Sequence record: DRR723986_5705
Reading direction: 5' to 3' (one strand)
DNA length: 63,259 nt
Within the stretch, counting starts at the first letter, position 1. Each line of letters opens with the position of its first letter. Positions 47,091 to 58,998 of the stretch are shown piece by piece. Below the pieces are notes generated by a model. The model searched no databases. It was not told the DNA's origin and saw only the letters and a list, made by a program, of their open reading frames with translations. A program made the position numbers and the translations under genes.

Positions 47091-48347
47091 ATGGACTCAT
47101 TTTTGGTTCGTGGCGGAAAGCCGCTTCACGGAGAAGTGTCGATTTCTGGTGCGAAGAATGCGGCCTTGCCCATTTTGTGTGCGAGTTTGCTGACTGCCGA
47201 GCCGGTCACCATTACCAACGTGCCGCGTCTTCGGGACATCAACACTTGCTTGCGTTTGCTGGGCTCTATGGGTGTTCAGTGTTTTTGGCACGGTGAGAAT
47301 CAGCTGGCCTTGCGAGCAGAAGAGATTTCTGAGCCCATCGCCAGCTACGATCTGGTGAAAACCATGCGCGCCAGTATTCTGGTGCTAGGTCCCTTGGTGG
47401 CCCGCTTTGGTGAGGCCAGTGTGAGTTTGCCTGGTGGCTGTGCCATCGGGCAGCGCCCTGTTGATCAGCACATCAAAGGCCTGCAGGCAATGGGTGCCGA
47501 AATTACCATTGAAAAAGGCTACATTCATGCCAAGGCGAAGCGCCTGAAGGGCGCTCGGATTGTGACCGACATGGTGACTGTGACCGGTACCGAGAACCTG
47601 ATGATGGCAGCCGCTTTGGCTGAGGGTACTACCATTATCGAAAATGCCGCCCGTGAGCCTGAAGTGGTGGACCTGGCGAAAATGCTCGTGAAGATGGGCG
47701 CAAAAATTGAAGGTATTGGCACCGACACCATCACCGTTCACGGCGTTGAAAAGCTGCATGGTTGTGAATACAAGGTGATGCCCGACCGAATCGAAGCAGG
47801 TACGTTTTTGTGTGCTGTAGCGGCTTGCGGCGGCAACATTACCTTGAATAACACCGATGCCGACAGCATGGACGCCACCATCGAAAAGCTTCGCGCCGCG
47901 GGCGTAAGCATTGAAGTGGAGGGGACAAAGATTCATGCCAGCATGAACACACGTCCCAAGGCTGTGGGCGCGCGCACAGCGCCATTTCCCGGCTTTGCAA
48001 CCGACATGCAGGCCCAGTTAATGGCGGTGAACTGTGTGGCTGATGGCACAGCAGTGGTCAATGAAACCATTTTTGAGAACCGCTTCATGCACGTTCAGGA
48101 AATGGTGCGATTGGGTGCCAATATTGAAATTGAAGGCCACACGGCGATTATCAAAGGCGTTGAACGTCTCGATGGCGCCACTGTGATGGCCACCGACCTG
48201 CGCGCCTCTGCGGGCCTGGTGATTGCCGGCCTGGCGGCCAGCGATGAAACGCGAATCGACCGCATTTATCACCTGGATCGCGGGTATGACAGAATGGAAG
48301 AGAAATTGCGCAAACTGGGCGCAGATGTGACGAGAGTAGCCCAATGA
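47091..48347 (+). CDS. murA: UDP-N-acetylglucosamine 1-carboxyvinyltransferase
   Basis: [48 protein letters not shown]. Confidence 0.98.
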   Translation: MDSFLVRGGKPLHGEVSISGAKNAALPILCASLLTAEPVTITNVPRLRDINTCLRLLGSMGVQCFWHGENQLALRAEEISEPIASYDLVKTMRASILVLGPLVARFGEASVSLPGGCAIGQRPVDQHIKGLQAMGAEITIEKGYIHAKAKRLKGARIVTDMVTVTGTENLMMAAALAEGTTIIENAAREPEVVDLAKMLVKMGAKIEGIGTDTITVHGVEKLHGCEYKVMPDRIEAGTFLCAVAACGGNITLNNTDADSMDATIEKLRAAGVSIEVEGTKIHASMNTRPKAVGARTAPFPGFATDMQAQLMAVNCVADGTAVVNETIFENRFMHVQEMVRLGANIEIEGHTAIIKGVERLDGATVMATDLRASAGLVIAGLAASDETRIDRIYHLDRGYDRMEEKLRKLGADVTRVAQ

Positions 48348-48979
48348 TTACACTGGCCCTGTCCAAGGGACGCATTTTTGAGGAAACGCTGCCCCTGCTG
48401 GAGAAAGCGGGCATTGTGCCGTCCGAAGACCCCGAAAAATCGCGCAAGCTGATTATTGGTACCAACCGTGCAGACGTACAAATCATCATCGTGCGTGCTA
48501 CCGATGTGCCCACCTACGTGCAGCATGGGGCCGCCGATTTGGGTGTCGCGGGTAAAGACGTGCTGATTGAACATTCCGGTGCGGGCTTGTATCAACCACT
48601 CGATTTGAACATTGCCAAATGCCGCTTGTGTGTAGCGGCGCCTGAAGGCTTTGACTATGCCAGCGCAGTCAAGCAGGGTGCGCGTTTGCGCATCGCCACC
48701 AAGTATGTCAACAGTGCCCGCGAGCACTTCGCCAATCGCGGTGTGCATGTGGACTTGATCAAGTTGTATGGCTCTATGGAACTGGCACCATTGGTGGGCC
48801 TGGCCGATGCCATCGTGGATTTGGTCAGCACCGGCTCAACCTTGCGTGCCAACAAGCTGGTCGAGGTTGAGGAAATTTGTGAAATATCCTCCCGTTTGGT
48901 GGTCAACCAGGCGGCGTTGAAAATGAAGTACGAGGCTTTGCAACCAATTCTGGATGTGTTTACTCAAGCAGTAGCGTGA
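48344..48979 (+). CDS. hisG: ATP phosphoribosyltransferase, short form
   Basis: [34 protein letters not shown]; 211 aa, no C-terminal regulatory domain. Confidence 0.96.
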   Translation: MITLALSKGRIFEETLPLLEKAGIVPSEDPEKSRKLIIGTNRADVQIIIVRATDVPTYVQHGAADLGVAGKDVLIEHSGAGLYQPLDLNIAKCRLCVAAPEGFDYASAVKQGARLRIATKYVNSAREHFANRGVHVDLIKLYGSMELAPLVGLADAIVDLVSTGSTLRANKLVEVEEICEISSRLVVNQAALKMKYEALQPILDVFTQAVA

Positions 48980-48999
48980 AATTTTAAAGGTAGTAGAAA

Positions 49000-50322
49000 A
49001 TGTCTTCCCAAATTCGTCGATTGTCTACAGAAGATGCCAACTTTGCCGAGCAGTTTCGTGCATTGCTCGCTTATGAAGAACAACGCGATCCGCATGTAGA
49101 AGGTGCGGTGGCAGACATTATTCATGCGGTGCGCAAGCGCGGCGATGAGGCCTTGCTGGAGTTCACAGAAAAGTTCGATCGAGTGAAGGCCGATAGCGCA
49201 GCTGAGCTTGAAATTGGACAGGCCGAACTAAAGCAGGCTTTTGATACGCTTGACCCCGCGCAGCGCGAGGCTTTGAAAGTGGCTGCTCAGCGTGTGCGTG
49301 CTTTTCACGAGCGTCAGGTGGCAGAAAGCTGGGAATTCACTGAAGCGGACGGCACCCGCCTGGGGCAACGTATCACGCCACTTGATCGTGCCGGTTTGTA
49401 TGTGCCGGGTGGCAAAGCAGCCTATCCCTCTTCGGTGTTGATGAATGCCGTACCCGCGAAAGTAGCGGGTGTGAAAGAGGTGGTCATGGTGGTGCCCACC
49501 CCCAGTGGTGTGAAAAACCAGATGGTGTTGGCCGCCGCACACCTGGCGGGTGTGGACCGCGTGTTCACCATCGGTGGAGCGCAGGCGGTGGCTGCCTTGG
49601 CCTATGGCACGCAAACCGTGCCGCGTGTAGACAAAATTGTGGGCCCGGGCAATGCCTATGTGGCTGAAGCCAAGCGTCGTGTGTTTGGTGCAGTGGGCAT
49701 CGATATGATTGCAGGTCCTTCTGAAATTCTCGTGATTTGTGACGGTAGCACCAATGCCGACTGGATCGCCATGGATCTGTTCAGCCAGGCTGAACACGAT
49801 GAAATGGCCCAGTCTATTTTGTTGAGCCCCAGCAAGGAATTTCTCGACAATGTGCAGGCCAGCATCAAGCGCCTCATGGACACCATGCCGCGTGCCACCG
49901 TGATTGCCACATCGCTCAAAAATCGCGGTGCCTTGATACAGGTGCGAGACATGGACGAAGCCTGCGAGCTTAGCAACCAGATTGCACCCGAACATCTGGA
50001 GTTGAGTGTGCAGGACCCGGACGCCTGGGTTGGGAAATTACGCCACGCCGGTGCCATTTTCATGGGCCCCTACAGCAGCGAATCGCTGGGCGATTATTGC
50101 GCAGGCCCCAACCACGTGTTGCCTACTGCGGGCACCGCGCGGTTTAGCTCGCCCTTGGGTGTGTACGATTTCCAAAAAAGAAGCAGCATTATTTTTGCCA
50201 GCCGTGAAGGCGCCAGCACGTTGGGTGAAGTGGCTGCCGAGTTGGCCTATGGTGAAGGCTTGCCAGCCCACGCGCGCTCTGCAGAGTATCGCGTAGGCCC
50301 GAAATTCAGAAAGGCAGACTAA
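49000..50322 (+). CDS. hisD: Histidinol dehydrogenase
   Basis: [42 protein letters not shown]. Confidence 0.97.
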   Translation: MSSQIRRLSTEDANFAEQFRALLAYEEQRDPHVEGAVADIIHAVRKRGDEALLEFTEKFDRVKADSAAELEIGQAELKQAFDTLDPAQREALKVAAQRVRAFHERQVAESWEFTEADGTRLGQRITPLDRAGLYVPGGKAAYPSSVLMNAVPAKVAGVKEVVMVVPTPSGVKNQMVLAAAHLAGVDRVFTIGGAQAVAALAYGTQTVPRVDKIVGPGNAYVAEAKRRVFGAVGIDMIAGPSEILVICDGSTNADWIAMDLFSQAEHDEMAQSILLSPSKEFLDNVQASIKRLMDTMPRATVIATSLKNRGALIQVRDMDEACELSNQIAPEHLELSVQDPDAWVGKLRHAGAIFMGPYSSESLGDYCAGPNHVLPTAGTARFSSPLGVYDFQKRSSIIFASREGASTLGEVAAELAYGEGLPAHARSAEYRVGPKFRKAD

Positions 50323-50329
50323 GCGCACC

Positions 50330-51430
50330 ATGAGCCTACTTCAAAAAACAATTCGTGCTGATGTGCAGGCCACCAATGCTTACGTGGTGGCTCCTTCGGC
50401 CGGCATGTTGAAGCTGGACGCCATGGAGAATCCCCAGGGCATGCCTGCAGCTTTGCTGGATGAGCTTGCGCAGCAGTTAAAAAATGCGGAGCTGAACCGA
50501 TACCCCGCACCCAAGGCACTTGAGCTCGAAGCCGCCTTGCGCGCCTGCACGGCAATACCCAAAGCGGCCCATGTGCTGTTTGGCAATGGCTCCGACGAAT
50601 TGATTGATCTGATCATTCGTGCCTGCTGCATGCCCGGCGATGCGGTGTTGTCGCCCGTGCCCACTTTTGTGATGTATGCGGTGTACAGCCAGTGGAGCCA
50701 TGCCCGTTTTGTGGGTGTCGACCTCAATGCGGATTTCAGCCTGAATATGCCGGCCATGTTGAAGGCCATCGCAACCAACAAACCCAAGGTGGTGTTTTTG
50801 GCCTACCCCAACAACCCCACCGGTGTGGCCTTGCGCGAGGCAGAAATTGTTCAAATCATCGAAGCCACGCCGGGTTTGGTGGTTGTCGATGAGGCCTACG
50901 AGGCTTTTGCCGATGCATCCTTCATGGCCCGTGTGCTTGAATTTCCCAATGTGTTGGTCTTGCGAACCTTTTCCAAACTTGGCTTGGCCGGAGCGCGGTT
51001 GGGTTATGCCGTGGCCAGCCCTGCCTGGGTGGAGCAAATCGACAAAGTACGCCCACCGTACAACGTCAACGTACTGACGCGAATTGCGGTTCAATTTGCC
51101 CTCGAACATTTTGAAGCTTTTGAGGCCCAGGCCCGGTTGCTTCGGGATCAACGCGATGTGCTGACTGAATCCCTGAAAAACCTCAAAATACCCAACGGTG
51201 ACGTTGAAGTGTTTGATTCTTACGCCAATTTTGTGCTTTTCCGCATCCCGAATGCGCTTGAAGTCTTTGAAGCCCTGAAAAACAAGGGTATCTTGGTGAA
51301 GTACGTGGGCAAGGCCCACCCTTTGTTGCAAAATTGCTTGCGCGTGACCGTGAGTACCCCGCAAGAGAATCAGCAGTTTTTGGTGGCTGTTCAACAATCC
51401 ATCGACGAAGTGGCCACGAAGGCCGCATAA
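50330..51430 (+). CDS. hisC: Histidinol-phosphate aminotransferase
   Basis: GNGSDELI, PNNPTG, DEAY, RTFSK, R.GY. Confidence 0.95.
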   Translation: MSLLQKTIRADVQATNAYVVAPSAGMLKLDAMENPQGMPAALLDELAQQLKNAELNRYPAPKALELEAALRACTAIPKAAHVLFGNGSDELIDLIIRACCMPGDAVLSPVPTFVMYAVYSQWSHARFVGVDLNADFSLNMPAMLKAIATNKPKVVFLAYPNNPTGVALREAEIVQIIEATPGLVVVDEAYEAFADASFMARVLEFPNVLVLRTFSKLGLAGARLGYAVASPAWVEQIDKVRPPYNVNVLTRIAVQFALEHFEAFEAQARLLRDQRDVLTESLKNLKIPNGDVEVFDSYANFVLFRIPNALEVFEALKNKGILVKYVGKAHPLLQNCLRVTVSTPQENQQFLVAVQQSIDEVATKAA

Positions 51431-51444
51431 CCTTTTAGACAATC

Positions 51445-52032
51445 ATGAGAACCGCAGAAGTTACCCGCAATACCCTGGAAACCCAGATCACCGTGAAAAT
51501 CAATCTGGACGGTACAGGCGAGCGCCACCTCGACACTGGCGTGCCATTTTTGGACCATATGCTGGAACAAATTTCGCGCCACGGCTTGTTCGATCTTCAT
51601 ATTGTGGCCAAGGGTGACCTGCACATTGATGCTCACCACACTGTGGAAGACACCGGAATTACGCTGGGCATGGCATTGACGAAAGCCTTGGGTGACAAGA
51701 AAGGAATTGTTCGCTACGGCCACAGCTATGTGCCGTTGGATGAGGCTTTGTCGCGCGTGGTGATCGATCTCTCCGGGCGTCCTGGTCTGCATCAGGATAT
51801 TCCCTTCACACGAGCCAGCATCGGCCAATTTGATGTTGACCTGGTGTTTGAATTTTTCCAAGGGTTTGTGAACCACGCCCTGTGCACCCTGCACATCGAC
51901 AACTTGAAGGGTGTGAACTCACACCATCAGTGTGAAACTGTATTCAAGGCTTTTGGTCGCGCCCTTCGCATGGCTGTGGCTATTGATGAACGTCAACAGG
52001 GAGCCATCCCCAGTACCAAGGGTGCTTTGTGA
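51445..52032 (+). CDS. hisB: Imidazoleglycerol-phosphate dehydratase
   Basis: FLDHML, ID.HHTVED, N.HHQ.E..FKA, PSTKG. Confidence 0.97.
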   Translation: MRTAEVTRNTLETQITVKINLDGTGERHLDTGVPFLDHMLEQISRHGLFDLHIVAKGDLHIDAHHTVEDTGITLGMALTKALGDKKGIVRYGHSYVPLDEALSRVVIDLSGRPGLHQDIPFTRASIGQFDVDLVFEFFQGFVNHALCTLHIDNLKGVNSHHQCETVFKAFGRALRMAVAIDERQQGAIPSTKGAL

Positions 52033-52661
52033 GTCTAGTTGCCGTTGTTGATTACGGCATGGGCAACCTGCGTTCGGTGGCCCAGGCCTTGCAGCACGTA
52101 AAGCTCGAAAACCAGGAAATCAGGATCACCGACGACCCCGCCTTGATTGATCAGGCCAGCAGGGTGGTATTGCCTGGTCAGGGCGCCATGCCGGATTGCA
52201 TGAAAGCCCTGCGCGAATCGGGCTTGATGGAGGCTGTGTATCGCGCTGCTGAATCGAAACCCTTGTTTGGTGTGTGCGTTGGTGAGCAAATGATGATGGA
52301 ACGCAGCGCTGAAGGTCCCGCCGAGTGTCTTGCCCTGTTTCCAGGCGATGTCGTGAGGTTCGACCCTCGTTTGACCGTGGAGTGCGGTCTGAAGGTGCCC
52401 CACATGGGCTGGAACCAGGTGAATCAGCGCATCAGGCACCCCATGTGGGACGGCATTGAAAACGGCGCGTGGTTTTATTTTGTGCACAGTTACCACGTCA
52501 ACCCGGTCAATCCGGAACACGTTGCAGGCGAAACGGACTATGGTGTTCGCTTTACCTGCGCCATTGCACGGGATAACATCTTTGCAACACAGTTTCATCC
52601 TGAAAAAAGCGCTGAAGACGGCTTAAAACTGTATTCAAACTTTTTAAGATGGAACCCCTGA
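52029..52661 (+). CDS. hisH: IGP synthase glutamine amidotransferase subunit
   Basis: DYGMGNL.SV, PGQG, GVCVG.Q, PHMGWN, YFVHSY, QFHPEKS. Confidence 0.96.
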   Translation: MSLVAVVDYGMGNLRSVAQALQHVKLENQEIRITDDPALIDQASRVVLPGQGAMPDCMKALRESGLMEAVYRAAESKPLFGVCVGEQMMMERSAEGPAECLALFPGDVVRFDPRLTVECGLKVPHMGWNQVNQRIRHPMWDGIENGAWFYFVHSYHVNPVNPEHVAGETDYGVRFTCAIARDNIFATQFHPEKSAEDGLKLYSNFLRWNP

Positions 52662-52712
52662 GTTTTTACCGATCCTTTTTTCACTCACTTGAATAGTTAA
52701 CAACACAGTCTC

Positions 52713-53462
52713 ATGTTACTCATTCCAGCAATCGACCTGAAAGACGGTCAGTGTGTTCGCCTGAAGCAAGGCAATATGGACGATGCCACCATTTTCTCGG
52801 CAGACCCGGTCGAAATGGCCATGAAATGGGTTGAAAGTGGCGCGCGCCGCCTGCACCTGGTCGATTTGAACGGCGCCATAGCCGGCAAGCCTGTGAATGA
52901 GGGTGTCATTATTGACATTCTGGATGCTGTGGGTGGTGCCATTCCGGTGCAACTGGGTGGTGGTATTCGTGACCTCGACACGATTGAACGTTACCTGGAC
53001 GATGGCCTGAGCTATGTGATCATTGGTACGGCCGCCGTGAAGAATCCTGGTTTTTTGCACGACGCGTGCGGTGCGTTTCCCGGTCAAATTATAGTGGGCC
53101 TGGATGCCAAAGACGGCAAAGTGGCCACTGATGGCTGGAGCAAGATTTCCGGCCATGATGTGGTTGATCTGGCCAAGAAGTACGAAGGTTATGGCGTGGA
53201 AGCCATTATTTACACCGACATTGGTCGCGACGGCATGTTGGGCGGTGTGAACATTGAAGCCACCGTCCGTCTGGCCAACGCCTTGACCATTCCCGTGATT
53301 GCATCAGGGGGTATTACCAATCTGGATGATGTCAAACAGTTGTGCGAAGTTGAGCATGAAGGTGTGATGGGTGCTATTTGCGGTCGCTCTATTTATGAGG
53401 GCACTCTTGATTTTGCCAAGGGTCAGGCCCTAGCCGATGAATTGAACGGAAAGTCTTACTAA
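52713..53462 (+). CDS. hisA: ProFAR isomerase
   Basis: [38 protein letters not shown]. Confidence 0.97.
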   Translation: MLLIPAIDLKDGQCVRLKQGNMDDATIFSADPVEMAMKWVESGARRLHLVDLNGAIAGKPVNEGVIIDILDAVGGAIPVQLGGGIRDLDTIERYLDDGLSYVIIGTAAVKNPGFLHDACGAFPGQIIVGLDAKDGKVATDGWSKISGHDVVDLAKKYEGYGVEAIIYTDIGRDGMLGGVNIEATVRLANALTIPVIASGGITNLDDVKQLCEVEHEGVMGAICGRSIYEGTLDFAKGQALADELNGKSY

Positions 53463-54226
53463 TGCTTGCCAGCCGCATCATTCCCTGCCTCGACGTCACA
53501 GCAGGCAGGGTGGTCAAAGGCGTCAATTTTGTAGAACTGCGCGATGCGGGCGATCCCGTAGAAATTGCGCGTCGCTATGACGAGCAGGGCGCTGACGAAC
53601 TGACGTTTCTGGATATCACTGCCTCATCGGACGACCGGGACCTGATTTTGCATGTAATTGAAGCCGTGGCCAGTCAGGTGTTCATTCCATTGACCGTGGG
53701 CGGCGGAGTGCGAAAGGTGGAAGATGTGCGCAGGCTGCTGAATGCGGGCGCCGATAAAATCAGCATCAATACCTCTGCCGTTACCAATCCTGATCTGGTG
53801 GGCGAGGCGGCCACCAAGTACGGTTCCCAATGCATTGTCGTGGCGATTGATGCCAAGGCCAAAAGCAATGGAGAGCCGGGTTGGGAGGTTTACACCCATG
53901 GTGGACGAAAGCCCACTGGGCTTGATGCGGTTCAATGGGCCCGCAGAATGCAGGCCTTGGGCGCTGGGGAATTGTTATTGACCAGCATGGACCGCGATGG
54001 CACCAAAATCGGTTTCAATCTGGAATTGACCCGAGCAGTGTCCGATGCTGTGAGCATTCCTGTGATCGCCAGCGGTGGTGTGGGTAACCTGGACCATCTC
54101 GTGGATGGGGTGATCAAGGGCAAGGCCAGTGCAGTGTTGGCCGCCAGCATTTTCCACTACGGCGAGTACACGGTTCAGCAGGCCAAAGCCCACATGGCCA
54201 AGGCCGGCATTGCAGTTCGGCTGTAA
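53462..54226 (+). CDS. hisF: IGP synthase cyclase subunit
   Basis: [32 protein letters not shown]. Confidence 0.97.
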   Translation: MLASRIIPCLDVTAGRVVKGVNFVELRDAGDPVEIARRYDEQGADELTFLDITASSDDRDLILHVIEAVASQVFIPLTVGGGVRKVEDVRRLLNAGADKISINTSAVTNPDLVGEAATKYGSQCIVVAIDAKAKSNGEPGWEVYTHGGRKPTGLDAVQWARRMQALGAGELLLTSMDRDGTKIGFNLELTRAVSDAVSIPVIASGGVGNLDHLVDGVIKGKASAVLAASIFHYGEYTVQQAKAHMAKAGIAVRL

Positions 54227-54240
54227 AAGGGGGTATCGCC

Positions 54241-54666
54241 ATGAGCAAGGACGTAGTCCTCACCGAGAACTGGCTGGACAGTGTCAGTTTCGACGAAAAG
54301 GGGTTGGTGAATGTGGTTGCTCAAGACCACCTCAGCAAACGGGTGTTGATGGTCGCGTGGATGAACCGTGAGGCCCTTGAAATTACTTCCAGCACTGGTT
54401 TTGCAACGTATTTTTCACGTTCGCGCGGTAAACTGTGGCACAAGGGTGAAGAATCGGGCAACCAGCAAAAGGTGAAGGAAATTCGCCTGGACTGTGATGG
54501 CGACGTGCTGGTGCTGATGGTGGAACAAGTGGGCGGTGTCGCTTGTCACACAGGCCGTGAAAGCTGCTTTTATTATGCGCTGGAAGTTGAGCAGGGTGGA
54601 AAGCCAAAGTGGGTTGCCAAAGACCCAGTGCTCAAGAATCCTTCCGACATGTACGGCAAAAAATAA
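54241..54666 (+). CDS. hisI: Phosphoribosyl-AMP cyclohydrolase
   Basis: SRSR..LW.KGEESG, DCDGD, ACHTGR.SCF. Confidence 0.96.
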   Translation: MSKDVVLTENWLDSVSFDEKGLVNVVAQDHLSKRVLMVAWMNREALEITSSTGFATYFSRSRGKLWHKGEESGNQQKVKEIRLDCDGDVLVLMVEQVGGVACHTGRESCFYYALEVEQGGKPKWVAKDPVLKNPSDMYGKK

Positions 54667-54679
54667 GGAATGAACAAGC

Positions 54680-55018
54680 ATGACTGACCTTGAAAAAGCG
54701 TCTGGAGACTTGCTCGAGCGTCTGACGAGGGTATTGGAAGAACGCAAGCAGGCCAGTCCGGATAAGTCCTACGTGGCGAAGTTGCACCACAAGGGGCAGG
54801 ATGCGATTTTGAAGAAGATCGGTGAGGAGTCTTGTGAACTGGTGATGGCGTCCAAAGATCAAGACCCCGCGAAAGTGATCGCTGAAACAGCCGACTTGTG
54901 GTTTCACAGCCTCGTGTTATTGGGCTGGCACGGTTTGACCGCTGCCGATGTACTGACCGAACTGGATCGCCGTATGGGTTTGTCGGGTTTGGTTGAAAAG
55001 GCCAACCGGCCCCAATAA
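54680..55018 (+). CDS. hisE: Phosphoribosyl-ATP diphosphatase
   Basis: SYVAKL, KKIGEE, E.ADLWFH. Confidence 0.95.
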   Translation: MTDLEKASGDLLERLTRVLEERKQASPDKSYVAKLHHKGQDAILKKIGEESCELVMASKDQDPAKVIAETADLWFHSLVLLGWHGLTAADVLTELDRRMGLSGLVEKANRPQ

Positions 55019-55040
55019 ATACTCGAATAAGGGATGAGAC

Positions 55041-55397
55041 ATGTCAGATTGCATTTTCTGCAAGATTGTCGCTGGGGAAATCCCTAGCAGAAAAGTATAT
55101 GAAGACGAGGATATCCTCGCGTTTCACGACATCAAGCCAGCTGCACCTGTGCACTTTCTGATTATTCCGAAAAAGCACATTCCCACGCTGGCCGATGCCA
55201 CTGAAGAAGACATTCCTGTGATGGGAAAAATAATGACCATCGCGGGTCAATTGGCCAAACAAGAAGGTTGTCATGATGGTTTCAGGACCATTGTGAACAC
55301 CGGGCGGGTAGGTTGCCAAGAGGTGTATCATGTTCATGTGCACATACTTGGCGGCAATAAACCATTGGGTGTGATGCTTGGCATGCCAGCCTTGTAA
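55041..55397 (+). CDS. hinT: Histidine-triad nucleotide-binding protein
   Basis: CIFCKI, FHDI.P.AP.H.L.IPK.H, HVHVH triad. Confidence 0.92.
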   Translation: MSDCIFCKIVAGEIPSRKVYEDEDILAFHDIKPAAPVHFLIIPKKHIPTLADATEEDIPVMGKIMTIAGQLAKQEGCHDGFRTIVNTGRVGCQEVYHVHVHILGGNKPLGVMLGMPAL

Positions 55398-55433
55398 CGC
55401 AACGAGACACGAAAAACATATCAGGAGTAAGTC

Positions 55434-55670
55434 ATGGGTTCATTTAGCATTTGGCACTGGGTGATTGTGCTGGTTATCGTGATGTTGGTGTTTGGCACCA
55501 AGAAGTTGCGCAACATCGGATCTGATCTGGGTGGTGCAGTGAAGGGTTTCAAAGACGGCATGAAGGAAGGCGGTTCTGAGGGCGAGCAAAATGCCGCCAA
55601 ACTCGCGGATGGCAATGCCAAGAAGTCCGACACGATTGATGTTGAAGCCAAAGAGAAATCCTCCAGCTAA
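55434..55670 (+). CDS. tatA: Tat translocase subunit TatA
   Basis: MGSFSIWHW...FGTKKL...G.DLG.AVKGFK. Confidence 0.96.
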   Translation: MGSFSIWHWVIVLVIVMLVFGTKKLRNIGSDLGGAVKGFKDGMKEGGSEGEQNAAKLADGNAKKSDTIDVEAKEKSSS

Positions 55671-55694
55671 TTTTCCCTATTTGCGGCGCGCAGC

Positions 55695-56120
55695 ATGTTC
55701 GACATTGCTTTCTCGGAAATGCTTATCATCGCAGTGATCGCGCTGCTGGTGATAGGCCCTGAAAAATTGCCCAAGGTGGCCAAAACGGTGGGCCACCTGT
55801 TGGGCAAGGCCCAGCGTTACGTGAGTGACGTGAAGTCTGAAATCAATCGGGAAATGGAAATCGACGAGTTGCGCAAGTTGCAGGCAGAAATGCAAACTGC
55901 AGCGCGTAAGGTTGAGGGCGATGTACAAACCACCTTGCGAGACACCGAGGCTGATTTGAACAAATCGGTAAAGTCGATCGAAGATGATATTGCGGAACTC
56001 GAGAACAGCAAGCCAGCCGCCTCGTCCGGGACCGCATCAACGACACAATCTCCGTCCAAGGCGGAAGAGCCAGCGCCAGCGCAATCCGTGGGGCCTGCCC
56101 CCAAGGTAGAGGCCAAATAA
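55695..56120 (+). CDS. tatB: Tat translocase subunit TatB
   Basis: MFDIAFSE...GPEKLP. Confidence 0.95.
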   Translation: MFDIAFSEMLIIAVIALLVIGPEKLPKVAKTVGHLLGKAQRYVSDVKSEINREMEIDELRKLQAEMQTAARKVEGDVQTTLRDTEADLNKSVKSIEDDIAELENSKPAASSGTASTTQSPSKAEEPAPAQSVGPAPKVEAK

Positions 56121-56135
56121 AAAGGTGCATGGGTA

Positions 56136-56873
56136 ATGAGTCAGCAAGAAAATTTTGTCAGCCACCTGGTCGAATTGCGCGATCGCCTGTTGCGTGCGGT
56201 GGTGGGTTTTTTGGTCGTTTTTATTGCCTTGATGGCTTACCCGGGTGCTGCCTATATCTTTGATTTGTTGGCCCTGCCCATTCAAAGCGCTCTGCCGGAA
56301 GGCACCAAGATGATTGCCACGGGTGTAATCACTCCCTTCATGGTGCCCGTAAAGCTCACTGCCATGGTGGCTTTTGTGATTTCTCTGCCCATCCTGCTGT
56401 ATCAGGCTTGGGCTTTTATTGCGCCCGGTCTGTATCAACACGAGAAAAAAATGGCTTTGCCCATTATTTTTTCGAGCACAGTGCTGTTTCTCGTGGGTAT
56501 CGCTTTCTGTCATTTCATTGTATTTGGCAAGGTGTTTGCCTTCATCAATGATTTTGCTCCGCAAAGTATTACGCCTGCACCGGACATCGAAGCCTACATG
56601 AGCTTCGTGTTGACCATGTTCATGGCCTTTGGCATGACTTTCGAGGTGCCCATTGTGGTGGTGGTGTTGGTCTACCTAGGCGTAGTGACCGTGGAAAAGC
56701 TGGTGGAAATTCGCGGGTATGTGATCGTGGGCGCATTTGTGATCGCTGCCATCGTCACGCCTCCCGATGTAATGTCTCAGTTATTTCTGGCCATTCCAAT
56801 TTGTATTTTGTATGAGGTGGGCATTCTGTTTGCCAAAATTATCGGCAAACAGCGTCAGCAAATTCTGGAATAA
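56136..56873 (+). CDS. tatC: Tat translocase subunit TatC
   Basis: HLVELR.RL, W.FIAPGLY..EK, FEVP, TPPD..SQ, LYE. Confidence 0.97.
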   Translation: MSQQENFVSHLVELRDRLLRAVVGFLVVFIALMAYPGAAYIFDLLALPIQSALPEGTKMIATGVITPFMVPVKLTAMVAFVISLPILLYQAWAFIAPGLYQHEKKMALPIIFSSTVLFLVGIAFCHFIVFGKVFAFINDFAPQSITPAPDIEAYMSFVLTMFMAFGMTFEVPIVVVVLVYLGVVTVEKLVEIRGYVIVGAFVIAAIVTPPDVMSQLFLAIPICILYEVGILFAKIIGKQRQQILE

Positions 56874-56913
56874 GTCAGAACATAAGTCAGGCAGTGGGGG
56901 CCTTGAGGATCTA

Positions 56914-58068
56914 TCAAGGCCGTTTCAAAAAGTCACCTGGCTTTGGACGCACGCCGATCTCAATCATGACTGTTTCGGGTTTGCCATCGCGCAACAACTC
57001 CACTGATTTTTTCTCGCCCGGTGCGTAGGCCGCGATTTGGTTCAGCATCTGTGTAGTGTCGGTGATTTTTTTGTCGTCCAGCTTCAGCAGAATATCGCCC
57101 ACTTTCAAGCCAGCCTTGTCGGCGGGCCCATCTTTCACGATACCCGCAATAATGACGCCGTCTTTTTGTGGCAAATCAAATGCCGAGGCCAGTTCTTCGG
57201 TGATGTTTTGTTGCTCCACACCGATGTAACCACGTGTCACCGTGCCGGTGCGCACAATCTGGTTCAACACGCCTTGAACAGTTTTGGCCGGGATGGCAAA
57301 GCCGATACCCAGTGAGCCCCCAGAACGGCTGTAGATGGCGGTGTTGATACCCAGCAGGTTACCTGCAGTGTCCACCAGCGCGCCACCCGAGTTGCCCGGG
57401 TTGATCGCCGCGTCGGTTTGAATGAAGTTTTCAAACGTATTAATGCCAACATGGTTTCGACCCAGTGCACTCACAATGCCCATAGTGACGGTTTGGCCCA
57501 CGCCGAAGGGATTGCCCATGGCTAGAACCACGTCGCCCACCCGGACCGATTCCTCGGCCGCAAACTTCAGGCTGGGCAAGTTTTCGAGTTTGATTCGAAG
57601 CACGGCAAGATCAGTTTCAGGGTCCGTGCCCACCAACTCTGCTTTGGTGGTTCTTCCGTCGTTCAGACTGACTTCAATTTCATCAGCTGCTTCAACCACG
57701 TGCTGGTTGGTCACAATCAAACCATCGCTGTTCACAATGACGCCCGAGCCCAGGCTTGAGGCCTGTTCCTCTTGCTCAAACTGTTCTTCAAGTTCGTCTC
57801 CGAAAAACTTCCGGATTTCGGGATCTTCAAAGAAGGGGTGTTTGGGGAGATTGCCTGCGCGCTTGCTGGTGAAAATATTTACCACCGCAGGCATGGCTGT
57901 GTCCACGGCATGACGGTAGCCAGCCACTCCTTCAGGTTGGGCTGTCTGGTAAGCGGGCTTTTGCAGCCAGTTGGGTACCCACTCTGGACGCAGTACTTCG
58001 GTGATGAAATACAATGCAAGAAGTACAGTTAAGGCCTGAGCAAAGGTCAGCCAGAGTTTTTTCAACAT
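56914..58068 (-). CDS. HtrA/Do-family serine protease with one PDZ domain (DegS/DegQ-like)
   Basis: LGSGV, TNQHVV, D..TDLAV, QTDAAINPGNSGG, one PDZ; N-terminal TM; ATG 58068. Confidence 0.93.
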   Translation of the reverse strand: MLKKLWLTFAQALTVLLALYFITEVLRPEWVPNWLQKPAYQTAQPEGVAGYRHAVDTAMPAVVNIFTSKRAGNLPKHPFFEDPEIRKFFGDELEEQFEQEEQASSLGSGVIVNSDGLIVTNQHVVEAADEIEVSLNDGRTTKAELVGTDPETDLAVLRIKLENLPSLKFAAEESVRVGDVVLAMGNPFGVGQTVTMGIVSALGRNHVGINTFENFIQTDAAINPGNSGGALVDTAGNLLGINTAIYSRSGGSLGIGFAIPAKTVQGVLNQIVRTGTVTRGYIGVEQQNITEELASAFDLPQKDGVIIAGIVKDGPADKAGLKVGDILLKLDDKKITDTTQMLNQIAAYAPGEKKSVELLRDGKPETVMIEIGVRPKPGDFLKRP

Positions 58069-58100
58069 ATCAAGAATGCAGGGGTGCGCCGTTGGCTTCA

Positions 58101-58853
58101 GTGGATCGGAATGTACTTGAACATGATTTGCGGGAATTGCTGGATCAGGCTCGCATGTCAGATTATTGCCCAAATGGGCTGCAGTTGGAAGGCAGGCCCC
58201 GCATTGAACGGTTGTTGACGGGAGTCACTGCGTCCAAGGCGCTGATTGAACTGGCGGTTGAATTGAATGCCGATGCAATTCTGGTGCACCATGGCCTGAT
58301 GTGGAAAGGTGACCCCCAGGTCGTGACCGGGTTTCGCAAAGAACGACTCCAACTGGCGCTGGCTCATGATTTGAATGTGTTTGCGTACCATTTGCCGCTG
58401 GACAAACACCCGGAGTTGGGCAATAACGCCCAGCTGGGAAAGATGCTGGGTTGGCCTAGTACCCGCGTTGTAGGCGACAAAGGCTTGATTCACATGGGTG
58501 AGTTACCCGCAGCAGTCCCATTGCAGCAATTGGTGGACAAGGTTGGTTCCGTGTTGGGGCACCGTGTCTGTGTGGAAGGGGCCGATGACCCACACCGTTT
58601 GATACGAACCGTGGCTTGGTGCACGGGTGGCGCACCAGGCTATGTCGAGGACTCTGCACTGCAAGGTGCTGATTTATACCTGACCGGTGAGTTGTCTGAG
58701 CCTGCCGTGCATGTGGCCCGTGAATGCAATGTCAGTTTGCTGGGCGCTGGTCACCATGCCACAGAACGTTGTGGCGTGAAGGCTTTGGGGGAATGGATTG
58801 CACAACGATATGGAATTGAAGTCACATTCCGGGATTTGTTCGTCGCGGTTTAG
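58101..58853 (+). CDS. Nif3/YbgI-like dinuclear metal-centre protein
   Basis: DYCPNGLQ.EG, VHHG, YHLPLD.HPE.GNN, GE, AGHHATE; GTG 58101. Confidence 0.92.
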   Translation: MDRNVLEHDLRELLDQARMSDYCPNGLQLEGRPRIERLLTGVTASKALIELAVELNADAILVHHGLMWKGDPQVVTGFRKERLQLALAHDLNVFAYHLPLDKHPELGNNAQLGKMLGWPSTRVVGDKGLIHMGELPAAVPLQQLVDKVGSVLGHRVCVEGADDPHRLIRTVAWCTGGAPGYVEDSALQGADLYLTGELSEPAVHVARECNVSLLGAGHHATERCGVKALGEWIAQRYGIEVTFRDLFVAV

Positions 58854-58998
58854 ATGTTTTCTAATGTATGGCTGTAAATGTTTCTGTCGATTCGGCATTT
58901 GATGGAATTTCTCCCCAAAACTGTTCCTTGTTTCAAGCTTGGTGGGGTACAATCTCCGGTTGCATGGATCACTGGATTTTACTTTCGGGGTTATTTTG

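Noticed and set aside
48344-48979. HisG appears truncated
   Set aside because: This is the known short form that works with HisZ encoded elsewhere.
50477-51442. Long antisense ORFs (also 13641-14549, 3743-4582, 49228-49995, 11683-12417)
   Set aside because: They lie opposite well-supported genes, show no motifs, and are the expected shadows of biased codon usage.
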